Assembly (NCBI GenBank): GCA_951406725.2 | Contig: OX597824.1 | Span: 86,180,001 to 86,244,000, forward strand | Length of the DNA stretch: 64,000 nucleotides | Direction: 5' to 3' | Source of the DNA: Octopus vulgaris | Lineage: Eukaryota | Shown: positions 37,337 through 49,700 of the stretch, one piece after another | Numbering within the stretch: position 1 is the stretch's first letter | Layout of the letters: each line of letters begins with the position of its first letter | The notes under the pieces: model-generated | Database searches by the model: none | The model's input: the letters and a program-made list of their open reading frames with translations, nothing else | Told to the model about the DNA's origin: nothing | Position numbers and translations under genes: made by a program

Positions 37337-39300
37337 TTATTAATAAATGTTACAATTAATGTGGTTAACATAATTTACAAATCAAATATGATCTGTTGAA
37401 GAAATGTTTTGAAGTAACTACAATGTGTCTGAGGTCAACATTGCTCACTATTTCTTTTATTTTTATTTTTTATTAAAATTATTGGTGCAAAGATTTCATC
37501 AGCATCTAAATTCTTACTCTTGTCTCCAACTTATTGAGAATAGTACATTTCTTTGATGACCTTTCTCTCTCTCTCTCCCCACTATGATTGCTATCAATTG
37601 AGATCTGGACTGTTTTTGCTCACCATTAAATTGGCAAACCCTTTACAGTTATCCTAAGAATGATGTAAAGCCCTGCATCCAATCTTTGGTAGAATTGCTT
37701 TCAACTCTTTCAATAATCTACTTTTGGTAATTCTTGTCCAGTCTAATATTCTTTCTATTGCATCTTGCTAGGTTGAGTAACCGTTTCGTTTAAAACAGCA
37801 AATAATTTACTGAAGCTGAAATAGTTTTTGCTAATATTAATGCATAATAAAAATGTATCTCCAAAGATGTTATTGGATATTCATGAGGTAGAACTTGTTG
37901 CTGACATGTCTGCTACCAATGCAATCACTTACCACTGCAAAGGCTTCCATTTTGGTGCGTGATTTTGGTTTTTCCTTCCCAATCCTTCAAGGTATGAACA
38001 TATAACAATCATTTAATGCAACTAAATCAGTTTTTCAAAAGGAATTTATATATTTTATTTTCGAATATTCTACAAATTAAAAATTTTTTTTCTTACTGAA
38101 ACAAATCAATATTTTGTTTTTAAATTAAAAAAAAAACTTTGATAAATTTGCTTTTGTGGGTATTTTTATATACATTTCCTGAACTGTACAATCAAATATC
38201 TATAAGAACGATATTTTTTATACTTCATGTTTTACTAAATGGTAAAAAGTTATAAATTTCAAACTGGTGAGGAAGCCTCTTTGCAGCTGCTCAACCTGTT
38301 AGAAATAACAGTCAAATCTCCCTCATATCATATCTTATTTTCTTAAAAAGAAAGGAAGCATTAGATAACTGTAGTCCCAGATACACTATGCCTAAAAAAA
38401 AAAAAACTGGATGATCATGGCTAGAATATCTTTGATCACAAGGCTGACAGTATGAAATAACAACATTACAGAGTTAAATAACTGGTTTTAATTGCTGCCA
38501 AATAACAAATGTAATTACTTAGCAAATATAAAAGTTTAAAGCATTCTTTGTTTCAAAGCACAAAGTATTAGAATTTTAACCAATAATTGTGACAATGTAG
38601 CTAATTATTTTGAAAGATTGTAAGAAAAATGCTAGAATTTTTTTGGTTTTTATTTTTGAGATGTTCTTACTCTGTTCTCTTAAAATATAGTGTTTTTTCT
38701 TAAAACAACCTTTTTACAAAATATCTTAATAAAATAAATTTGCATGTACAAAATCTTGTTTTCATGTGATTTTGATTCTTCATGTTTTAGTTTCCTATCC
38801 ATTTTACCATTCCAGTGAAGGTTTTGTGACCAACCAAAAAAGCACAATTACAATTACATTAGTACCATACTGCTTTATACAGCATGCTAAAAACTGAATT
38901 GCAGTACCAAAGACAAGCTGTCTCACTGAAAAGACAGTAGCAGGATTATACATTGTTATTGTTTAGTTCCAAATTAGCCCTGTTTGAGCAGAGCTATGCT
39001 CAAAGGTATTTCAAATGAAGCATTTGGATACCATCAGTGGTGTGGAGAGGGGAGGCTGGTATGCATGGGTGACTGCTGGTCTTCCATAAACAGCCTTGCC
39101 CGGAATTGTGCCTGGGAGGGTAACTTTCTAGGTACAATCCCATGGTCTGTGTCATGACCACAGGGGATCTCAGATTAGGTTTTATTATGCAGTGTGTCCT
39201 TTCCTTATGTAAGACAGCAGAGTGTGATTAAACTCTGTAGAGCTTTCCTTGTTAGCACAACATAATTAGAGATCTGTTGTGTAAAGCCTTAATGATTCAC

Positions 39301-39395
39301 ATTATAGAATTTATCTGGAGGAAAAATAAAGACTAATATTATAGAATTTATCTGGAAGGGAAATAAAGACTCATATTATAGTATTTATCTGGAGG
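39301..39395. repeat. Tandem repeat, about 3 x ~36 bp
   Basis: ATTATAGAATTTATCTGGAGGAAAAATAAAGACT repeated. Confidence 0.85.
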
Positions 39396-39803
39396 GGAAG
39401 ATATCAGATGGAAATGTGTGCTCTGATCTGCTTATAGTTCAAGTGGATTGCCACTGTTTTTAACTATATCCAAATAAAGATATTCTGAGCTGAGACATAT
39501 AAAACATAAACGACAGCCAGGTGAAGGATAGATTCATGGAAATATTACTATAATAACTGCACTTAAATAACCTTCCACCCATACACAAGGCAACAATAGA
39601 CAGAAAAAAAGAGAGATCCAACTTTACTCAATATGTAAGTGTGTAAGTGTGTAAGTGTGTAAGAAGCATACTCTCCCAATGACAATTGTTACAAACTACA
39701 TCTCAAATGATATTCTAACATTTCCTTTAGTTTCATTCTTAAAAATGGTAAGATAACAAAAGAAAGAAAGAGACCTCAATATTATGTAAATAGAGGAAGT
39801 TTA

Positions 39804-39961
39804 TCTGTAAAAAATAATATGTGACAATTATTCGGTAGCCAAGATAAAACTCTGAGTTTCGGATGCTGAAGAGATGGTGGTGTGGATTTCCACCTCGGCA
39901 TCCAAAACTTAGAGTTTTATCTTGGCTACCGAATAATTGTCACATATCATTTTTTACAGAT
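39804..39961. repeat. Hairpin inverted repeat (~64-bp arms)
   Basis: ATATGTGACAATTATTCGGTAGCCAAGATAAAACTCT pairs with AGAGTTTTATCTTGGCTACCGAATAATTGTCACATAT. Confidence 0.85.
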
Positions 39962-40199
39962 ATATATATATTTCTTTACTACCTACAAGGGGCTAAACAT
40001 AGAGGGGACAAACAAAGACAGACAAACGGATTAAGTCGATTACATCGACCCCAGTGCGTAACTGGTACTTAATTTATCGACCCCGAAAGGATGAAAGGCA
40101 AAGTTGACCTCAGCGGAATTTGAACTCGGAATGTAACGGCAGACAAAATACTGCTAGGCATTTCGCCCGGCGTGCTAACGTTTCTGCCAGTTCGCCGCC

Positions 40200-40265
<66 letters not shown>

Positions 40266-40418
40266 TTTTTTTCTTTTTCTGAATGCAAAATATCAAAGTC
40301 TATTTTATACTATTTTTTTCTTATGAAACTACAGCACCCTCCAATGTTTTAAATGCTTGCTTAAGTCAACGTTGATGTCAAGCAACATTATTTGTTCAAC
40401 ATGTATTTTACAAAATGA

Positions 40419-40424
40419 TTTATT
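40419..40424 (-). promoter_or_regulatory. Candidate poly(A) signal of KIF27
   Basis: Minus-strand AATAAA ~350 nt downstream of the inferred stop codon. Confidence 0.35.
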
Positions 40425-40771
40425 ATATAATGGTGATTATTTTACAATGAAATGATATCCTACTGAATCTTTTATCATGCACACACACACACAGATGTAT
40501 ATACATATATACGTGTGTGTGCTTCTCTGAGTTCCACTGGTTCTAGACATCATGTAATCCACTGTCAGTCTGTCTAAACACGGCTGTAAAGTTTCATATT
40601 ATATTGTTGTCTTGTCTAAAGAACCAGAAGGTACTTTGCTCAATGATGCAAGTTTTTGAAATGTTAATGCTCCATCTTCCAGTCAAGAAATATCAGCAGT
40701 AATATACAAGCGAACTCTTTTAAGATATAAACCCTTAAACAATCTGACCAGAACATGGATCTTGAACATTC

Positions 40772-43700
40772 TCAACCACTGGAGTTAACTTCTAAGGAAT
40801 CTGGAAGATAAAAAGAGAAAATCTAAGTGACAATATATTTAATATTTAATACAAATAAGAAAATGGAGAAACAAATTTAGTTTGTTCATCAACTTACAGA
40901 TATTATAATGTTGGATTATTTATTCATTTTACAAATGAGAACATCAAAAGCATACAAAAATATTATATAAATCAATAGATAAGATAATAATACAAATACA
41001 GATTTTAAAAAGTCATAGTATAAATTAATGAAATCCTAAAAATTACTTCTTACAGCTGTTTCAGCCAGTGAATCTAATTTTCATTGCCTATAGATGTCAA
41101 TTTAATATATATTAATATATATATAAAACTAGCAGAGATACCTGGCGTTGCCCGTGTTACATGCAATTGAAGAATTAGACTTTCCTGTTATATTTTCTGT
41201 AACGAAATGGAATACCTATGTTTCGAATTTCATCAGAATTGCAGATGAGGGTTCTTTCCTTCTGTATACACCCTAAAAAAAATTGTAATCATGCCACATG
41301 TATCCAATACTACTGATTTTTATGTGCAGATTCCAAAATTCCAGTCTTATAGAACCTGTTAAAAGGATTTTGCTCCTGAAAAATGGAGGTCATGGAGCTC
41401 TAAAATATGAGAGTTAAGGCCCCTATTGGAGGTGGGTGTCTTCATGTCAACCCTAGAAGTTGAAATGTTGAGAATCTTTTTAACTTGGTTCTTATATCTA
41501 TTGTTTGAATTTCTTTGAAATAGGAAATATATGTTCACTGGGTTTGTAAAAGAGAGTAAAGCTACAAGAAACCAAAAGACGAATGATCACAATAAGCAGT
41601 CAGCTACCCTACCCTAGTCCTTACCACTCCCAATGTAGGATTCCTCACCTTCCAGGCGACAGGCACAGCCGTAAGATGCATTACGAATCTATAGCAATTG
41701 GAAGGGCGTGACCCAACTGAAATAAACATTAACAACTGTGTGACATGAGGGCTAAGGAGAAATGAAAGTGTCACCTCTGGAGTTTGCAAATGACCACTAT
41801 ACTGATACGTAACTGGACAGAATAAATTTACAATCTATAAATGTCTTTGAATAACCAGTCACTCATCCATGAAGGCCTTGAAATCAATGTTAACATTTTA
41901 TTTCTTTATTGCCCACAAGGGGCTAAACAAAGAGAGGACAAACAAGGACAGACAAAGGGATTAAGTTGATTACATCGACCCCAGTGCATAACTGGTACTT
42001 ATTTAATTGACCTCGAAAGGATGAAAGGCAAAGTTGACCTCGGCAGAATTTGAACTCAGAATCTAGCGGCAGACGAAATGCCGCTAAGCATTTTGCCCGA
42101 TGTGCTAACGTTTCTGCCAGCTCGCCACCTTAATGTTACCATCTGGGGACTTTGTGTGACCCAGTGGTAATAAAAAGACTGAAAGGAGGTCTGCAACCAA
42201 ATAACTTTACTCAACACTTTTGCCACTTGGCAAACATTAAAACCCATGCTTATATCTATCTGAAGTTAAGAGTAAATGCCATACTGCATTCAATTTTGAA
42301 TGTAACTTAGATTCTTGGTATATTCTCTACGGCTCGGAGACCTGGGTCACCTACCGCAGTCACATCCATCTCCTTGAGCGCTTCCACCAGCGATGTCTTT
42401 GCACCATCCTCAACATTCACTGGAGTGACTTCGTCACAAACATTGAAGTCTTGGAGCGGGCTGAGATCCCCAGCATTGAAGCCACGCTATTGAAGTACAA
42501 CCTCCGATGGGCAGGGCATGTCTCCAGAATGGAGAACCATTGCCTTCCTAAGATTGCCCTGTTTGGTGAACTCTTCACCAGCCACCGTATGAGAGGAGCT
42601 CCAAGGAAGTGCTACAAAGACTGCCTCAAGAAGTCTCTAACAGCATGTCATATTGACCACCAATGCTGGTCAGACCCGGCTGCGGACTGTGATGTCTGGC
42701 GTCACAATATCTGCAATGCAGTCACCGAGTTTGAGGAACAAAGAAGAGACACACTTAAAGACAAGAGATGCAGGAGGAAGGCACGAGCCGCCTCTGACAC
42801 CACACTGGATGTTACCTTCGTCTGTGGACACTGCTCACGGACCTGCATTTCCCATATCGGACTTGTCAGTCATGAGCGTGCTTGCACACGACGTGGACAG
42901 CCTTCCTGATCTTCGTTCGCGAAGCTGAGCCATGATGATGATATTACTAATATTTTCATCACTTCTAACTTTTGATGCTGTAATGTTGAATCACTGTCTG
43001 TCCTCCTAAATATAAGCAGAAGCTAGGAGAACAGCCCAGCATTGTTGCTTCACCAATTAGTCAACAGCTTGTTAGCAATCTGCAGCAAAGAGTAACCATG
43101 GAAACCTTACCTAAAAACTGGAGTGAAGTAGCAACAACTGGTTTAGTCCCAGACTGATCGGTTTTATTATTCTCACAGAATAATTCCGGCTGCTGACTTG
43201 GAAGTTCTTGGTTGTGTTGGCTGCTTGGTGAAAAGCTGACCACCGAGTTCCTAGAATTGAAACAAAACATAAACAACGAATCAATGAACCACAGCTGAGA
43301 GTCACTGGACAATTGAAGAAGGAAATATATAAACTCTTATAGCCACAGGTATTTAGTCTCACAGTGAAATCAGGGCCCACGAGGGCCTTATCAGCAGCTT
43401 TGGATGGGGGTAAAAATAACTGGTCCCATTGTTACTTAACAGTTTGAGGGGGCAGCATGTTTCGCCTAAATAAAGTTGTTAGGCCTATATAAGTAGCAAC
43501 ATAAAGGCTTGGAATACATTGAGTTATTCACTCACAAACAAGGTTTCAAGAACAAGCAGTTGAGTAAAGTGTTTCAGTTAAAGCCCTGGAGAAACACCTT
43601 GCTTCACACCTGAGCTGAGGCTGATGACAACAGACTAAAAACAATGTTATCCTCTTACCTGTTTGTAGTGGAAGACTTGCACCTAGGAAATTCTTTTGAC

Positions 43701-46700
43701 TTAACGAGTTTTGGGCCAAGATCTTCTGAAAAGGCAAAGATTAAATGTTTAAGTATAGCATTGTATTTTAATGTGTGATGATGAAGTGGTCTTATTTTTT
43801 ATCATTTTCAGTCTTGTTTGAGCAGGTCTATGATCAAAGACAGCCTATTCATGACCATCCCTTCAATTTTCTTCTTCTTCAAATATAGTGTAAAGGACTA
43901 CATCATCTAATGAGCTGACTCTTGAAGATGGTAGGGTGTGGATTGAGGGATAATTTGTTGTTATTTCTTGCAGTCAAACAACAACAAATGTAGATTACAA
44001 TGACCACGACCAGCCAACCATTTGTATATCATAGACAACAGTGTGTTCTTTATTAAGATGGTAGGGTGTGATCTGAAGTAGATTTGGTTGCTATTTCTAG
44101 CAGGTCAAGTGACTACATAGAGGCCATTGATTTCTGTTGAGTAACTGCGGTCAAGTGAGATTGCAGAATTATGGGATAGAAACAGACCCACAGGTCATGC
44201 ATCACTTAACATTCACGGTCCAGTCTACTTATTTGGATATTATTTGAAGGAACAATTCAATGGGTATCATGTGGAGATGCAATTTGTTTCCAGATAAATG
44301 GATGCTACGTAGAAGGACAGATGGAAAACCTAGTCCAGTCCACCTAGCTGTAAATAGGTTCCACAATGATGTATATATGGTTCATCACTATAAACAACAG
44401 AGGATCAATAGATCAATAGAGAACTACTCTGATAGTAATACATGTACAACATAAATTTTCTGGAACCTTCCATTTGAAAAACATTCTGGATGACTGATTT
44501 TTCTGAAATGGAGGTGGTCACACTCTAAATTAAAAAAATATTAAATTGAAGCATAGCTATGTGGTAAGTAGCTTGCTTCTCAACCACATGGTTCCAGGTT
44601 CAGTCCCACTGCATGGCATCTTGGGCAAGTGTCTTCTACTATAGCCGTGGGCCAACCAAAGCCTTGTGAGTGGATTTGGTGGAGGGAAACTGAAAAAAGC
44701 CTGTCATATGTGTGTGTGTGCGTGTATGTATGTGTGTGTGTGTATGTATGTGTGTGCGTGTAAGTATGTGTGTGCGTGTATGTATGTGTGTGTGTGAGAG
44801 AGAGAGAGTTTACCTGATTGACACAGTGATGTACTTTCTTTATCCCGTAGCTTCTTTTTCAGATCTCTACTGGTTTTCTTGTAGTAGTACAACTCCTTTT
44901 CCAGGCTGCGTAACCTGCAATGAGACAAAGTCCTCAACAGTAAATAAGACGTAACTTTTCTTTTTATGGATTCTTAAAAACCTTCGAGTGTCATTTGAAC
45001 ATATCTAATCTGTTGCACAGAGTAATGTATAAACTTGATACATAGTATAGGCTAGTGATGACTGATGTAATTAATAGAGTAGTTTGTATGACTAATGTAG
45101 AGAATAAGGTAGTGACTGTGACTGATGAAGACAACAAAATAAGTTTCAATGATTGATGCAGCCAATAAGTCAGTATATCTAGTCAGTAGATAACGTCATC
45201 ATCATCATCATCATTGCTTAACGTCTGCTTTCCATGCTAGCATAGGTTGGACGATTTGATTGAGGTCTGGCAAACAAGATGGCTGCACCAGGCTCCAATC
45301 TTGATCTGGCAGAGTTTCTACAGCTGGATGCCCTTCCTAACGCTAACCACTCCGAGAGTGTAGTGGGTGCTTTTACGTGCCACCGGCACGAGGGCCAATC
45401 AGGCAGTACTGGCAACGGCCACGCTCAAATGGTGTTTTTTATGTGCCACCTGTACAGGAGCCAGTCCAGTGGCACTGACAACGACCTTGCTTGAATGATT
45501 TTTCACATGCCACCAGCACAAGTGCCAGAAAGGCGACCCAGGTAACGATCACGCTTGAATGGTGCTTTTTACATGCCACCAGCATGGAGGCCAGTTTGTT
45601 GCTCTGGCAACGATCATGCTCGGATGGTACCAACATGACTTATAGCAACAACATGGTGATGAGAATGAGGAATGTAGACAAAAAAGGAGCTTAGTATGAA
45701 TGATGTCAGAGAAAGGTGCACAGCAGACAAAGGACAGGAGACAGTTGTCTCCATCAGGCATTTCTTACTTGGCATGGGGTTCTTCTTTATTAGTGTCTTC
45801 ACTGTTTTCATTAATCTGTGCCAACTGGTGCATTAGTACACCAATTTTCTGTTCATACCGTTGCTGCTGCTGAGTGAGTCTACGGTCAATGTCAAAACTG
45901 GCCCTCTGGTGATGGTTTTCAGCTTCATGGAGTAACTTGTCTTGTTCTTCGATTCTGCTCTGGAATTTTAAAAAATAGTTAAGAATAGTTAATCTTTATA
46001 TATAAAACTGAAGTTGTGTGTGTGAGAGTCTGTCTCCTCTGATTTAGATTCCTAACTACTCCCACATTTTGCGGTGCAGTTTAACCAAAACCGGGTATCT
46101 TATAGTCGTGATTCATATCGAGCCCTACGATGAGTCTACGATTTTAAAAATAATTTACCATCATTTTTTTGCATTTTTTGCTATTATATAAGGGAAGTAA
46201 CTCTCTAAAAATGCTTATATAGTTATTTCCCTTAGAAACCCGAGCAATGCCGGGCGATACTGCTAGTCTATAATATAAATTGGACATGGGCGATCGTTGT
46301 ATTCTTTCTTGTCTTGAGGTTCACAGCCAAATGGCTGGGTGGATTCGCATAAAAAATGGCACACATGTGGAGATGGGTACATAGATTGGTATGCGGTTTG
46401 TATTTTTTTCTAGCCCCCATACTTACCGAGACAATAGATAAAAATTTTTTCTGATGGAATTCCCCTCTTTCTTCCACCATTAAAACAACCAGTTGCTTAG
46501 AAGCTGTTTTCTGACAGGATGGGGTCAGGAAATTCTCATAAAGCTGGAGGCTCCCATCGAAACAGGGGACCCAAAATTATAAGGTTGAGAAACGCTGTTA
46601 TAGATTATGTCTAATCGAAAACGATCACAGCTACATCATTCTTTTGAATTAACAACCATAACTAACGACAGCAGCAGTAATGGCGAGAGAAACAGATGGC

Positions 46701-49700
46701 AGAAAATGCAGAGTTTCAGATAAAATGCCTTGCAGCTTCTAGTTACAACAAGTTCTGTTTTGGGTTCAGATCCTGCTAAGGTTCACTTCACAGTCATTGC
46801 TCCAGGGTTGATAAAATAAAAAAGTTCCTTCCTTCAAAATCTGAAAGTAGTGCCTATGTTAGACATTAATGACAAGAAGACTACGGCTTCTTCTAGTGAT
46901 TACTGTCCGACAATAATCTGCTGACAGACATCGGTTTAAACAATAAAAATCATCTCCCTCCTCACCGCTGCCGCTGCCAACAACTGTAGCAGCACCTCTG
47001 CAATGGCCCAGTGGTTAGGGCAGCGGACTCGCGGTCGGAGGATCGCGGTTTCGATTCCCAGACCAGGCGTTGTGTGTATTTATTGAGCGTAAACACCTAA
47101 AGCTCCGCGAGGCTCCGGCAGGGGGTGGTGGTGACCCCTGTTGTGCTCTTTCGCTCCAACTTTCTCTCACTCTTTCTTCCTGTTTCTTGTCCCCGACTTC
47201 CTACGCAACCGCTGAGCCTGGATGCGCATTCATCCATCCGTCGATGCTCTCGGTGTCGGGGGGTTGACCTGCTTTCTCTTCTTCGGGTCTTACGAATAGC
47301 AAAGGACCACGTTTCGGACTTCTCCCACTACAGACAATCCTGAGGCGCGATCTTGCGAGCTCTGGGACGAAGACAGCTTTTCTCAACAAACAAACAAACA
47401 AACAAACAAGCAACAGCAACAACAACAACAAAAGACAGGTAACGATAGCACAATAAAACACAGCTTACCTGAAACTCATTCATTTTGTGAGACAACTTGC
47501 GCTCGTTGTCACGGAAGTTGATGACTTTCTCAAAATATTTCATCAGCAGCAACATCATTTCTTGCGGGTTGAGGGTGTTGAATAAACTCAAGATCCCACC
47601 CTCACGCTGGTCAAGTAATGAAAAAAAAACAACAAAAACAAAAAAACCGATTACTCTGAGAAATAGAAGACAAGCTGGCCATAAAAATTCATACCCCATG
47701 TGGTGCCACATTAAAGCACCCAGCACCATCTGTAAAGTGGTTGGCATTAGGAAGGGCATCCAGCCATAGAAACCATGTCAAATCAGAATGGAGCTTGGCT
47801 TAGCTCTCCAGCTTGCCAGCTCCTGTCAAACCATCCAACCCATGCCAACATGGAAAACAGATGTTTTTTTTTTAAATTTCGTTTCAGTTTATTTCATCTA
47901 GTTTCAGCTCACGAGCTGTGGCCATGCTGGGGCACTGCCATTTGGTGTTGCTACATGATTTTACTTCACGAATGCTTTTTAGCAATTGACATTTGGTGCA
48001 TGAGAGAGTTTGATGCAGCCGCCCTCATCTGCACCTCCTGCCACGAGGTCCAGCTTTATTTTGAAGACACCTACATCCACCCCATGCAGGTCTCTCAGGT
48101 CTTTTGGGAGGATATTGAAGAGCACTGCCTATATTGCCTACCTAGGTAGCACATCTCTGGTACATAACCTATATAAACAGGGCTAATTTTGCTGTTTCTC
48201 CATTGGCTGAAAAAAAATTATGAACAGCCTTCAATCTTTGGATCTTATTGAATTCTCATTAGAGGTGTCTTCATCAATTTAACCAGTCTCAGAGAAACAA
48301 GCAGCCAAACTATACTCTTTACTCTTTTACTCTTTTACTTGTTTCAGCCACCCGATTGCGGCCATGCTGGAGCACCGCATCCAGACGAGCAAATCGACCC
48401 CGGGACTTATTCTTTGTAAGCCCAGTACTTATTCTATCGGTCTCTTTTGCCAAACCGCTAAGTGACGGGGACGTAAACACACCAGCATCGGTTGTCAAGC
48501 AATGCTTGGGGGACAAACACAGACACACAAACATATACACACACATACATATATACATATATATATACATATATATGACAGGCTTCTTTCAGTTTCCGTC
48601 TACCAAATCCACTCACAAGGCATTGGTCGGCCCGAGGCTATTGCAGAAGACACTTGCCCAAGGTGCCACGCAGTGGGACTGAACCCGGAACCATGTGGTT
48701 GGTAAGCAAGCTACTTACCACACAGCAACTCCTGCGCCTATATATATATTCAACAATTACAGCAGCTACAGAAAACTGGGGTCACTAATTTGCATACCAT
48801 ATGTGTTAACACTTCGGTTTTTAAATATCAGGAACCTGTCAATGGGGATCTCAGTCCACACAGTATCAAGGTATGATATGATATAAGGCGGTGAGCTGGC
48901 AGAATCGTTAGCATGCCAGGCGACATGCTTAGTGGTATTTCATCTGCTGCTACGTTCTGAGTTCAAATTCCACCGAGGTCGACTTTGCCTTTAATCCTTT
49001 TGGGGTCGATTAAATAAGTACCAGTTACACACTGGGGTCGATATAATCGGCTTAATCGGTTTGTCTGTCCTTGTTTGTCCCCTCTGTGTTTAGCTCCTTG
49101 TGGGGAATAATGAAATAGGTATGATATGATATATATAACTTCTATGTGTGTGTGATGGGCTTCTTTCAGTTACTCTCTGCCCTGTCTATCAAATCCACTC
49201 ACAAGGCTCAGATACATGTGTGTATATGCATGTTTATTTCTGTTCGTTGCCACTGCTTGACAACTGGTGTTGGTTTGTTTACATCCCTGTAACTTTGTGG
49301 TTTGGCAAAAATGACTGATAGAAGCACCAGACTTTAAAAATGAATACTGGGGTTGATTAGTTTGACTAAGACCCTTTATGCAGTGCCCTGGCACGGTCAC
49401 AGTCCAATGACTGAAACAAGTAAAGGATATGTATGATTTAAGGAAAAAAAAGATGGGATGGTCACAGTTAGAATGTCTTTGATCAATTGGTGCTGACATT
49501 CGAGTGTGATCATTACCAGCGTCGCCATACCGGGACTTGAGCCCTGTGCTAGTAGGGTGCTAAGAGCACCATCTGAGCGTGATTGTTGCCAGAGCGGTTA
49601 ACTGGCTTCCATGCCGGTGGCATGTAAAAGGCACCATTCAAGCATGATCGTTACCAGCATTGCTTTACTGGCACCTGTGCTGGTGGCATGTGTAAAAAGA

